NCBI GenBank assembly: GCA_027317055.1
Contig: DAHVFK010000001.1
Coordinates: 1 to 37,800, forward strand
Length of the DNA: 37,800 nucleotides
From: Betaproteobacteria bacterium
Lineage (GTDB): Bacteria > Pseudomonadota > Gammaproteobacteria > Burkholderiales > SG8-39
Direction of reading: 5' to 3'
Positions 1 through 8,428 of the stretch are shown in pieces. A program made the translations under genes and the position numbers. Numbering within the stretch: the first letter of the stretch is position 1; each line of letters begins with the position of its first letter. Under the pieces are notes generated by a model. It made no database searches. It saw nothing but the letters and a program-made list of their open reading frames with translations, and was not told the origin of the DNA.

Positions 1-127
1 CGGCGGTATTGGCCGAGCCCGCCCGCGCGGTGTGCGCCGAGACGGTCGCGGTGTGGGCAAAGCACGCCACGTCGCCGACCGCCGCAGTGCCGCCCGGATT
101 GGCGAGCGGGAACGAGCCCGCGACCGC
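1..127. repeat. Terminal direct repeat, copy 1 (identical to 37674-37800); implies a circular or terminally redundant 37,673-bp unit
   Basis: Base-by-base comparison of both window ends gives an identical 127-mer. It lies inside a coding frame, not at an att site. Confidence 0.95.
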
Positions 128-427
128 GCCGGTGATGATGCCGTACAGCAGCCGCTCGAACGTCTGCGATCCGGTCACCGGGGTCTGCCCGTTCAGAGTG
201 ATCGCGGCCGGGGTCTGGATCACGCCCGAAGCGTCGCGGCCGGCGATCTGCGCCTTGGTCGCGGTGTCCGAGGCCGAGCTCGAGACCCAATCGACAAAGC
301 CCGAGGGCGTGATGTCGTTGAATGCGACATTGATCGTGAAATCGACCGCGCCGCCGACCGCGGCGCTGTCAGCCTCCGGCATGTCGGCCGAGCCATAGGC
401 GACGAGGTTGTTTGGAACGACGCTCAT
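1..427 (-). CDS. 5' part (first ~142 codons) of a ~289-aa virion-module protein that runs off the left edge and continues at 37673 (junction-spanning gene)
   Basis: ATG at 425-427 forms an ATGA overlap with the stop of ORF 424-606. The minus frame is open to base 2 (hand-translated MSVVPNNLVAYGSADMPEADSAAVGG...). It is in phase with ORF 37222-37743 after adding 37,673. Confidence 0.6.
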   Translation of the reverse strand, partial: MSVVPNNLVAYGSADMPEADSAAVGGAVDFTINVAFNDITPSGFVDWVSSSASDTATKAQIAGRDASGVIQTPAAITLNGQTPVTGSQTFERLLYGIITGAVAGSFPLANPGGTAAVGDVACFAHTATVSAHTARAGSANTA

Positions 428-606
428 CGCGGCACCCGAACCTTCGGCGCCGCTACGATCGGCTGACCACGGCCGCCGGCCCAGATCTGCCCGGCGTTCC
501 AGAAGCCGGGCGGCAGATCGCCGATGGCGATGTCCGGCTCAATATGTTCGAGCGATTTCGGGCAAGCGCCCGCGACCGCGGCGACGTGTGCAATCACCTT
601 CGGCAT
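424..606 (-). CDS. small hypothetical protein (60 aa)
   Basis: ATG 604-606 is preceded by GAGGAA. The stop overlaps the next ATG (ATGA). It sits between the gpF-like gene and the junction-spanning gene. Confidence 0.5.
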   Translation of the reverse strand: MPKVIAHVAAVAGACPKSLEHIEPDIAIGDLPPGFWNAGQIWAGGRGQPIVAAPKVRVPR

Positions 607-628
607 TGTCGTTCCTCTTCGCGAAACG

Positions 629-1414
629 TCAGAGCGGCGTGGTCACCGGCAAGAGCGCGCAGCGGCAGTTCGGGTGCGCCGGCGGGCAGTCGTCGCCGGA
701 CGGGAAGTCGGCATCGAGGCCGATCGGCCCGGCGTCCTCGTTGTCCTGGCAAAGCTCTTCGACCAAGGCGTCGCCGGCGGTCAGCCATTCCTTTCCGGTC
801 GCGACACCCGAGGCCTTGTAGCCGTCGAGATTGCCGCGGTTGTTCGCGGCGATGATCTCAGTGCGAGCGATCGTGGCTGCACGCGCCTTGGAGAAGCCGG
901 CCGATGCCGCAATCTCAGTCGAGAGCGTTCTCGCGCCCCAGCCTTCGTCGATCGCCCGCGTCACCGTCGCGCGCAGCATGGCGCGCGTGTTCCCTTCGAT
1001 CAGCGTCACCAGCGCGGCGGCGCGGTCCTGCGCCCATGCGACCGAGCGCTCGTTGACCTGATCGAGCATGTCCGGCACGCGGTCGCCGTCCGGCGTCGGC
1101 GGCAAGCCGAACTCGGCCCGCGCCTGGTTGATCGTGATCCCTTGCTCGAGCGCGAGGATCTTCAACGCGCGCTTGACGGCATCGGCATAGAGCGGGCCGA
1201 TCGCGCCCGAAGCGGCGTCTTGCGCCTCGCTCCAATCGCCGAGATCGATCGCGGCGAGGATCTGTTCGACGCGCGACCCGGTCGGATCGTAGTCGCCACC
1301 CGTCGGCGCCGCGCTCTTACCGAGCCGCGCGCTGATCTCCGCCGCTACCTGGGCCGCGCGCCGCGCGAAGAAGGCTGACAGCTTCCGCCGCAATAAGGCT
1401 TCGCTCCGCGCCAT
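629..1414 (-). CDS. head morphogenesis protein, SPP1 gp7 / Mu gpF-like
   Basis: 261 aa. The C-terminal PPAHPNCRCALLPV motif is typical of this family. It lies immediately downstream of the portal gene. ATG at 1412-1414 (the track starts 3 nt earlier at TTG). Confidence 0.8.
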   Translation of the reverse strand: MARSEALLRRKLSAFFARRAAQVAAEISARLGKSAAPTGGDYDPTGSRVEQILAAIDLGDWSEAQDAASGAIGPLYADAVKRALKILALEQGITINQARAEFGLPPTPDGDRVPDMLDQVNERSVAWAQDRAAALVTLIEGNTRAMLRATVTRAIDEGWGARTLSTEIAASAGFSKARAATIARTEIIAANNRGNLDGYKASGVATGKEWLTAGDALVEELCQDNEDAGPIGLDADFPSGDDCPPAHPNCRCALLPVTTPL

Positions 1415-2924
1415 CAAGGCGAGATTGCGGCCTGGCCCGGCGGCGAGGCGTGAAGCCTTGGCGAAAGGTGGCGATGGCCTTGCCGGCCGCGCCCTCCTCG
1501 TTATCGGGTGCGGCGGAAGGCGCTGCCGGGTCGCCCTCCGCCGCGCCGCCCGCGTCCGGCGAGGGAGTCGCGACGGGCTCGGGCGGGTTGATGATGTCTT
1601 TGAGCAGCACCGGGCCTTGCGTGGTGTCGACCATCAGTAGATCGGCGTCGGCCTCGGGGTTCATGCCGCGCTCGTCGCGCGCCTCGTTGCGGGTGATGAT
1701 CCCTTCCTTGACGAGGCCGATCAGCATCGTCGCCTGGTCTTCGGCGTCGAGCGGCTGATCGGTCTGCCACACGAATTCGAGGTCGGTATTGCCCTTGTGG
1801 CGCTGCTCGATGCGGTCGACGAGGCGCTTTACCCAGGCGAGCGCCGCCTGGTTGCCTTCGTTCTCGGCCGCCTCCTGCATCGTGGCGCCGGTCGCGCGGT
1901 TGACCTGGTTGACGAGCTGCGTGGGCGAGAGCGCGAAGGTGTAGCAGACGATCCGCGCCAGCCATTCCTCGAACGCGACCTCGATCGGCGAGGTCTTGAA
2001 CGCCTGGTACTTCGACCCGGCCGGCGCCCAGATCAGCTTGTTGCGCTCGTGCAGATTGCCGGCGAGGATCGAGTCGAACCACTCCTGGAACTGGCGGATC
2101 TGCTCCGCGTTCCAATCGGCCGGCGCCGACAGGATGCCCTCGGGAACGTTGCCCGAGGTGTAGTAGCCGAGCTGGGTGATCGCCCGGCGCAGCCCGATGT
2201 TGATGTAGAGCAGGATCTGCTCGACCGGGCTGAAGCCATAGACCTTGCCGGGTCGCGGGTTGCGCGGCAGGTAGAGCAATTCGTCGCTGGTCAGCAATCG
2301 CCACGGGCGGCCGCGGATCACCTGTTCATAGGCGGGCGCCGGTGGTGCTGGCTTGCGCCCGGTGTCGTCAAGCAACAGCTTGATCGTGGCCCCGTCGACC
2401 ACATCGATCCCGCTCACGTCGCCGCCGCGCGTCTTCCTGATCTCGAACGCCGGCGCGTCGGTGGTCAGCATTTCGTGGAGCGCCATGCGCAGCCAGGTCG
2501 CGAAATCAACGTCGCCGTCCGGGTGCTCCCAGAATTCGGTGGCGGCCTTGATGCGGCGCTCGGCGTCGGATTTCGGGTTCTCGGGGTCGCGGCTGACGAG
2601 CTGCCAGTCGAAGCGCCCGACCTGGTCCTTGCGGGTCTCGATCGCGATGGCGACGAGGTAGTATTCGGCCAGCATGCGCAGCTCGGCGAAGCCGACATCG
2701 GTCCAACTGCGCGGCGTGTAGTCGAGGTTATAGCCGGGCGGGAAGTCGCGAACCCGCACCCGCTCGGGATCGGTCGGGACCAGCGGCAGGCCGGGCGAGA
2801 AGATCCCGCTCGGGGTGAAGGCGCTGGCGGCGGCGCCGCTCAGCACGCCACCGCCGGTCATGCGTGCGGGCGCGCCCCAGCTATAGCCGACGAGCGGCGT
2901 GCGCACTCCCCCCGAAGGCGGCAT
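1317..2924 (-). CDS. portal protein
   Basis: 535 aa from ATG 2922-2924, preceded by AAGGA. Size and position (upstream of the gpF-like gene) fit a portal. The first 36 aa of the track ORF are judged spurious. The last ~100 nt overlap the next gene. Confidence 0.75.
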   Translation of the reverse strand: MPPSGGVRTPLVGYSWGAPARMTGGGVLSGAAASAFTPSGIFSPGLPLVPTDPERVRVRDFPPGYNLDYTPRSWTDVGFAELRMLAEYYLVAIAIETRKDQVGRFDWQLVSRDPENPKSDAERRIKAATEFWEHPDGDVDFATWLRMALHEMLTTDAPAFEIRKTRGGDVSGIDVVDGATIKLLLDDTGRKPAPPAPAYEQVIRGRPWRLLTSDELLYLPRNPRPGKVYGFSPVEQILLYINIGLRRAITQLGYYTSGNVPEGILSAPADWNAEQIRQFQEWFDSILAGNLHERNKLIWAPAGSKYQAFKTSPIEVAFEEWLARIVCYTFALSPTQLVNQVNRATGATMQEAAENEGNQAALAWVKRLVDRIEQRHKGNTDLEFVWQTDQPLDAEDQATMLIGLVKEGIITRNEARDERGMNPEADADLLMVDTTQGPVLLKDIINPPEPVATPSPDAGGAAEGDPAAPSAAPDNEEGAAGKAIATFRQGFTPRRRARPQSRLDGAERSLIAAEAVSLLRAARGPGSGGDQRAAR

Positions 2925-2938
2925 GGGCAGTCCTTTGG

Positions 2939-4469
2939 TCAGTTCGGGCGCAAGAAGCGGCGGCGGCCGGGCGATCGCAGCAGGCGGCCCACACCGAGCG
3001 CCAAAAGCTGCGGCGGCGCGATCGCCAGCCATTCGATCGGCGCGAAACTGTCACCAGCGATGGCGGTATCGCCGGTCCACTCGGCCAGCGCCTGCGGGTC
3101 GATGCTGGCCCGCGCCAGGAATTCGAGTGCGGCCGCCGCATCGGCGGTGACCGAGACACTGACCGCGCCGGTGCTCTCGACGGGTGCATTCGTGTCGCGA
3201 GCAGCGCGGACCAGCGCCTCGGCGCCGAGCACCGGATCGCCGCGCGCGCTCGCCAGAATGCCGGCCAGCAACAATAGATCGACCTTGGCGAGGCCGAGCG
3301 CTTCGGCTGTGACGGCCGCGTCGCGCAACAGCCGCCCGGTCGTTTCGAGCGGCACGACGCTATCGAGGCTCACCCCGAGCGCGCCGGTCCATTCGGCGGG
3401 CGAAATCGCGTCGCGCTTCTGTCCGGCGCCGCTTTCGGCGGGGCTGCTCGCATCCGACAATGCGCGGCGCAGCGCCTCGGCCGGGACCGCGCCATCGGCG
3501 CGCTGTGTCGCGAGCCCCGCGAAAATCACCGTTCCATCGGCGCGTTGCAGCGCCTGGCTTTCTATGGGCGCCATCTGGTTTTCGATGACGGCGACGGCGC
3601 CCAGGTTCTCGGCCGGCACGGCGGGATCGCCGCGCACGGCAGCCGCGCTCTCGAATGCGAGCCAGCGATCGGCAAGCGCGGCGGCCAAATCCTCGAGCTC
3701 GGCGCTGGCGTCGCCGCGCTGCGCGGCCGTGCTCTCGGCGGGCAGCCCGCTATCTTTGGCGAGGCCGGCAAGGATGCCGATCGCCATCAGCGCGTCGGCC
3801 GTAACCGCCGTCCCGCTGCTGGGCGTCGTCAGCGCCGCGGCGACCATGATCCATGATGCGGTCGAGAGCGTGACCCCGACCGCGATGCTGGATTGGGCGC
3901 TGCTGACGTTCTGGTATTCGGCAGCGCAGACCGGCGCCGTCTTGTAGCCGGTCAGCACGGTAAAGCCGGTCCCGGCGGTGACCGTGCCCGCGCCCGCGCC
4001 GACCACAAAGCCCAGCAGCAAATCCACGGCGCTGGTGGTCGAGACGCCCGAGACCGAGGGGTTGCCGCTGGTGCCATTGGCGTGCGCCGGCAGCGAGCTG
4101 TTGGCGTCCCACCCGATCGCCGAACCGCCGTTGTAAACCCCGAAGGCGTAGCTCGATATTTCCAGTGCCGCGGTCGAGATGCCGCCGGCCGTGATCGTGA
4201 TCGCCGCCGCGCTCAGCGCCGAGGTGGCGTCGGCGTACCACACCGATAGGCCGCGCGTGCCGCCCGGATCGAGCTGGCGCGAGCCGAGCTGCGTCCAGGT
4301 CAGGCTCGCGCCCGCTACACTCTCGGTCAGCCCAGACAGCCCGCTCGCGTCGTACCACGCGATTTCGAGGATGATGCGATCGGCGGTATTGGTCGTCGTC
4401 AGATTTGGTGGTGAGCGTCGCGGCGCCGTTGCCGGTGTTGGTCGCCGTGCCGTCGATCGTGAATGCCAT
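2939..4469 (-). CDS. fibre-like structural protein (~509 aa): jelly-roll/lectin-like N-terminal half plus ~15 short D-x3-P-x-E repeats; reading frame disrupted near 4398-4404
   Basis: ATG 4467-4469 opens MAFTIDGTATNTGNGAATLTTKS in one frame. The protein-like sequence TTTNTADRIILEIAWYDASG...VWYADATS continues in the frame of ORF 2939-4243, which has no start codon upstream of 4243. The 1531-nt span equals 3n+1. Confidence 0.6.
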
Positions 4470-4489
4470 CGGTTAGCCCGGGGCGCCCC

Positions 4490-5755
4490 TCACCCCGGAG
4501 GGGTTGCGGTCGGGATCGGCGGCAGCGCGTTCGCGTCGGTGCGCGGCACGATCGCCCATTTGGGCGCGGTCGGGATCGTGGTCGCGGCGTTCTCGACGTT
4601 GGTCTTCATCCACGCCCACGCCGCGGCGGCACCGGGCGCGCCGGCATCGTCGAGCATCGCCACACCGCCGAGCAGATAGAGCGGGTAGCCCTCGACGCTG
4701 AGGTTGTTCAGAAACCCCTTATAGACGTTGTTGAGCCCGCTCGGCCAGAAGGTCGCCTCGAAGCGCGGGCGGAACGGCTGGAAGCCGTCGCCATTGCCGA
4801 TGTCATAGGCCGCAACGGCGCTGTCGTCGGCGCACACCATCGTCTGGGCGATCGGGCCGCTAGTCCAGGGCTGGCAGTTGCCGGCGGCCAGCATCGCCCG
4901 CGCGCTGGCAGAGCCACTCACGCCTGTTAGGTTATCGTTGAACTTCGTGGTGCTAGTCCAACCCAGCATCGCCGAAATGTCGGTTCCGGTCGAGGGCGCG
5001 CTCGCATAGCTGAGGCTCGCACCGGCGCCGGTTGCGCTGGTCTGGATCTCCATCACCGTCGCCGAGCCATTGTTGGTCAGCGCCGGTGAGATAATCACCG
5101 GGATACCGGCTGAACTGATCGCCGTCTTCAACAGCGACGTGACCGAGACCACACCGGCGACGGGATAAAATTGCGTCGCAGTGCTGAAGTTCAGCCCGGT
5201 CACCTGATAGGCCGTGCCGTTGACGGTGATCGCGAAGCCGCCATTGGTGATCGCCTGGAAAGTGGCGAGCTTGCCGGCGAGCGCCGGGCCGGTGATCCGC
5301 GCCGGGAAGGCGAGGCTCGTCACCGCGTCGAAATCGTAGTTCGAGCCGAGCATCTGCGCGCTGGTCAGCGGCGTGTTGGAATTCGCGGTCGTGTCGACGA
5401 ACGAAAGCGTTACCGAGCCGCCCGCGGGTACGCTCGGGAGGACCGCCGCCACGACCGCAAACTCGACCGAGCCATCCGGGTAGCGGGTTTTGACGTCCGC
5501 CTGGCTCGGCACCGGCGCACCATTCACCAGGATCATCGGCGCGTGCGGGATCGCCCCGTCGATGAATGGCCGGCCGAATTGCATCGGGTAGTTGGTTTCG
5601 CCGGCCCCGCTCGCATCGGAGACGGTGATCGTGTTGCCCGCCGGCGGAGGCGAGGCGCCGATCGTCACCACGACGGGGGTCGATGCCGTGGCGAATGCCG
5701 GCCCGGCCGCGAGCGCGAGCCCGCCGGCGAGGAGCAGCGCGCGCCGGATCATCAT
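4490..5755 (-). CDS. secreted protein (421 aa) with Sec-type signal peptide, unknown function
   Basis: True start is MMIRRALLLAGGLALAAGPAFA-TAS at 5753-5755, 2 nt after the upstream stop (TGAGGATGATG). The track N-terminal extension is Arg-rich junk. Confidence 0.7.
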   Translation of the reverse strand: MMIRRALLLAGGLALAAGPAFATASTPVVVTIGASPPPAGNTITVSDASGAGETNYPMQFGRPFIDGAIPHAPMILVNGAPVPSQADVKTRYPDGSVEFAVVAAVLPSVPAGGSVTLSFVDTTANSNTPLTSAQMLGSNYDFDAVTSLAFPARITGPALAGKLATFQAITNGGFAITVNGTAYQVTGLNFSTATQFYPVAGVVSVTSLLKTAISSAGIPVIISPALTNNGSATVMEIQTSATGAGASLSYASAPSTGTDISAMLGWTSTTKFNDNLTGVSGSASARAMLAAGNCQPWTSGPIAQTMVCADDSAVAAYDIGNGDGFQPFRPRFEATFWPSGLNNVYKGFLNNLSVEGYPLYLLGGVAMLDDAGAPGAAAAWAWMKTNVENAATTIPTAPKWAIVPRTDANALPPIPTATPPG

Positions 5756-5757
5756 CC

Positions 5758-6117
5758 TCACGGCGTCGCGGTCAGGGTGACGTTGCACTGCCCGTTGCCG
5801 CCGGCGCAGCTGGTGTTGCTGAGCGCCGTCCCGCCGACCTGCAATTGCAGCGGGGTCGCGCCGATCGAGAACAGCGCCGCATCGGGGCCGCTCAGCGCCA
5901 CGCTGCCGGTCCAATTGGAGGGTGTGACCGTGATCGGGCAGACGACGGCGCCGGCCGGCGCGCTGCCGGTGAAGGAGGCGACCGGCGCGCAGCTGACGGC
6001 GGTCGAAGCCGGCGAGCCGACGGTGACCACGACATTGACGCTGGCGGCCGAAGCCGGGAGCGCCAAGCCGCCGGTCGCGGCGATCAGAAGAGCGGCGAGC
6101 GTGAGCCTGCGGTGCAT
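5758..6117 (-). CDS. small secreted protein (119 aa) with Sec-type signal peptide
   Basis: MHRRLTLAALLIAATGGLALPASA-AS from ATG 6115-6117, with AAGGA upstream. The mature part is beta-rich with 4 Cys. Confidence 0.7.
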   Translation of the reverse strand: MHRRLTLAALLIAATGGLALPASAASVNVVVTVGSPASTAVSCAPVASFTGSAPAGAVVCPITVTPSNWTGSVALSGPDAALFSIGATPLQLQVGGTALSNTSCAGGNGQCNVTLTATP

Positions 6118-6122
6118 GATTT

Positions 6123-6338
6123 TCAGTCCTTTGGTTCGTTGTCCCAAACGCATGGCCAGCCCGCGGCCTCCTCGGCCGAGGCCCATTGCCTCAGCGCGGC
6201 GGCGGCGTACATCTGGCATTCGAGCACCGCGATCGTGCGCGGCGAACCGGTCAATCCGTGCGCGTGCTGCATCGCAGCAAACGCGCGGCTCATCAGCCGC
6301 TCGCGGTCGGTCCTGTCCGCCATGTCCATTCTCGCCAA
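6123..6338 (-). CDS. small hypothetical protein (start uncertain: TTG 6338, ATG 6329 or ATG 6323)
   Basis: ORF directly downstream of terL. The stop lies 5 nt before the next gene's start. Confidence 0.4.
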   Translation of the reverse strand: MARMDMADRTDRERLMSRAFAAMQHAHGLTGSPRTIAVLECQMYAAAALRQWASAEEAAGWPCVWDNEPKD

Positions 6339-6351
6339 TAGAAACGGCCGC

Positions 6352-7776
6352 CTATTGGGCGGTTCGCGGCGCGACGTGTTCCGGATGGGCGGCGGCTTTC
6401 GCGGCCTCAGCGGCCGTCTGCGCGGCCCGCCGGCGGTAGGTGTCGAAAATGCCCTCGCTCGAAATCGGCGCGACCAGCAAATCGGTCAGCGCCCACACCA
6501 GCGCATCGACCCGATCGGGCGACTGCCCGCGCTTGCGTTCGTCATCATCGGTCGTGAACGCGACCATCTGGTCCTCGAGCTGCGGGAACGCGCCCATGTG
6601 GTGCATCCGGCCCTGCTCATAGAGCGCCGCGACGGGCTCGGCCCGCACCGCCTTGCCGCGCGTCGCACGCACGGCGCGGTAGCTGACGTCGGGGTCGATC
6701 ACCCTGAGCGTCGCCTCGACCATCTCGCCGCCGTTGTTGACCTCGGCCACAACCCGGTCGGCGCGGTGCTCGCGGTACGCGGAAATCGCCAGCCGCGCCC
6801 ACTCCGCCGGCGCGTAATGGCCGCTGAGATCGGCGAGCACATAGCCGTGGCCGCGCGCATCCTTGCCGGCCACGATCAGCCCGGTTTCGTCGGCGTCCTC
6901 GCCCGACGTCGCCGCCGGGTCGATCGCCACAACGACCCGGGTCAAGGTCGGGTGCATCCCGTGCCGCAGCCGGCCGCGCTCGACGAGATCGCGGGTCCAC
7001 AACGCGCCCGGCACGTCATCGAGCAGCTCGGCGAGCAATTCCTGCCGTCCGAGCCGGGTGCCTTCGTACTTGCGCAGCAACTGCGCGAGGAACGGCGCCG
7101 GCAGGTTCGCCCGGTTCGCGTAGGTCGCCCCGCGCCGCACCGCCGTTGTCGGGTCCGCCAAGAGGCCGCGCACGATCGCCGTGGGCCGCGGCGTGGTGGT
7201 CACCATCGCCCGCGGATCGGCCCCGTGCCGCAGCCCGAACATCGCCTGATCCCAGGCTTCGGGATAGCGCCAGGCCGCGAGCTCATCAGCCCAGATCGTG
7301 TCGTGCTGCGGCCCGCGCAGCTGGTCCGGCCGCTCGGCCGAATAGGTCGCGGCCTGCGCCCCGTTGGGCCACACCAGCCGCTGTTTGCCTGGCTCATAGG
7401 TCGGGCGCAGCCAGGGCGCCGAGATTGCCAGGATGCCGGCCGGCCCCTCGATCATCACCTTGCGCACGTCCGCGCCGGTGCGCCCGATCAGCCCGATCCG
7501 GCGCCCTTTCCCGCTTTCGACGCGCTCGCGAACCCACTCGGCGCCCGAGCGCGACTTGCCGAATCCGCGCCCAGCCAGCAGCAGAAAGACGAACCACTCG
7601 CCATCGGGCGCGAGCTGGTCAGCCCTCGCCCACCAGCTCCGCCACGCCCACGGGAAGCTGCGCTGCTGTGCCGGGGTCAGCCGGCACAACACCGCCCGCC
7701 GCTGACCCGGCGTCAGTTGCGCCAGCCGTTCGACCGGCGACATCGTCGATGAGTTCGAGATTGCGCTGTCGGGCAT
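6352..7776 (-). CDS. terL: terminase large subunit
   Basis: Walker A-like LLLAGRGFGKS, Walker B-like TIWADELAAW and a C-terminal nuclease-like region. 474 aa. Alternative start is ATG 7743 (MSPVERL). Confidence 0.9.
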   Translation of the reverse strand: MPDSAISNSSTMSPVERLAQLTPGQRRAVLCRLTPAQQRSFPWAWRSWWARADQLAPDGEWFVFLLLAGRGFGKSRSGAEWVRERVESGKGRRIGLIGRTGADVRKVMIEGPAGILAISAPWLRPTYEPGKQRLVWPNGAQAATYSAERPDQLRGPQHDTIWADELAAWRYPEAWDQAMFGLRHGADPRAMVTTTPRPTAIVRGLLADPTTAVRRGATYANRANLPAPFLAQLLRKYEGTRLGRQELLAELLDDVPGALWTRDLVERGRLRHGMHPTLTRVVVAIDPAATSGEDADETGLIVAGKDARGHGYVLADLSGHYAPAEWARLAISAYREHRADRVVAEVNNGGEMVEATLRVIDPDVSYRAVRATRGKAVRAEPVAALYEQGRMHHMGAFPQLEDQMVAFTTDDDERKRGQSPDRVDALVWALTDLLVAPISSEGIFDTYRRRAAQTAAEAAKAAAHPEHVAPRTAQ

Positions 7777-7999
7777 CGTCCACTTGCAGAGGGCCGCCCT
7801 CGGGGCCGGTCAGGGTCACGTGCCGCAGGTCGGGAAGCGTCTTGCGGATCAGCCCGAGCGCCGCGGTCACCTGCGCCCCGCTCAGCAGCACCGTGCCGTC
7901 GACGAATGCGATCAGGCGGTTGATGAGCTGACTGGACCGGATCTTGTCACGCGCCCGCTCGTCGTGATTAGGCTGCCGGGTGCGCGCCGCCATGGTCAA
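7619..7999 (-). CDS. probable terminase small subunit
   Basis: Lies immediately upstream of terL and overlaps it. The N-terminal helical segment DKIRSSQLINRLIAFVDG..AQVTAALGLIRKTLPDL resembles small-terminase N-termini (recalled, not searched). The low-complexity tail overlaps terL. Confidence 0.5.
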   Translation of the reverse strand: MTMAARTRQPNHDERARDKIRSSQLINRLIAFVDGTVLLSGAQVTAALGLIRKTLPDLRHVTLTGPEGGPLQVDDARQRNLELIDDVAGRTAGATDAGSAAGGVVPADPGTAAQLPVGVAELVGEG

Positions 8000-8165
8000 A
8001 CTCCGGTAGCAGGATCGCGGCGAGGCCGGCCGCCGCCATCAGCACTTGGATCGCCGCCTGCAGCACCGCGCTATCGACGTGAACGCCACTGGCCGCCAAG
8101 AGCGCGCCGAGGCCGGCATAGGTCGAGGGCTCGCGCAACCGCGCCAAGAGGAACATCAAAATCAT
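7968..8165 (-). CDS. small hydrophobic membrane protein (65 aa)
   Basis: ATGA overlap with the upstream gene at 8162-8165. Largely hydrophobic sequence. Confidence 0.5.
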   Translation of the reverse strand: MILMFLLARLREPSTYAGLGALLAASGVHVDSAVLQAAIQVLMAAAGLAAILLPEFDHGGAHPAA

Positions 8166-8428
8166 TTCTTCGCCTCATCGATGCGCGGCGGGACTTGCCG
8201 GCTCCAATCGTGCTCCGCGCCCCACTCGGTTTCCCGCGCCCGCATGTCGTCGAGCGCCTCGTCGGGCTCATCGGGCTCGGGTTCGGCGTCGCCGTTGTCC
8301 TCGTCGTCACAATCGACCGCGGCTGAGGAATTGAGGCAGTTCTCGCACCAAAATCCGGGATAAAACAGCAGGCCGCCGCAGCCGTGGCATTCGCAGACCA
8401 GCACCTCGACAAAGCCCGGAAATTTCAT
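8162..8428 (-). CDS. zinc-ribbon protein with acidic C-terminal half (88 aa)
   Basis: Starts at ATG 8426-8428, which overlaps the recombinase stop (ATGA). Contains CECHGC...CENC motifs. The track N-terminal extension overlaps the recombinase gene and is rejected. Confidence 0.6.
   Translation of the reverse strand: MKFPGFVEVLVCECHGCGGLLFYPGFWCENCLNSSAAVDCDDEDNGDAEPEPDEPDEALDDMRARETEWGAEHDWSRQVPPRIDEAKK

Noticed and set aside
1797-3947. Very long plus-strand ORFs antisense to the structural genes (1797-3947, 5683-7752, 25284-26954, 28835-30433, 33162-34946, 35465-37300 and many shorter ones)
   Set aside because: Their translations are Arg/Gly/Pro/Ala-rich with no motifs. They lie opposite ORFs with clear phage motifs. 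Stop codons are rare in off-frames at this GC content, so these are high-GC artefacts.
4381-4392. 12-mer CGGCGGTATTGG shared between 4381-4392 and the terminal repeat (1-12 / 37674-37685)
   Set aside because: The match is short, encodes similar N-T-A peptides in two Thr/Ala-rich proteins and does not extend further. It is probably coincidence.
6334-6360. Hairpin CCAATAG-N10-CTATTGG directly after the terL stop as a terminator
   Set aside because: The stem is only 7 bp and AT-containing, with no U-tract. The next gene follows immediately and appears co-transcribed.
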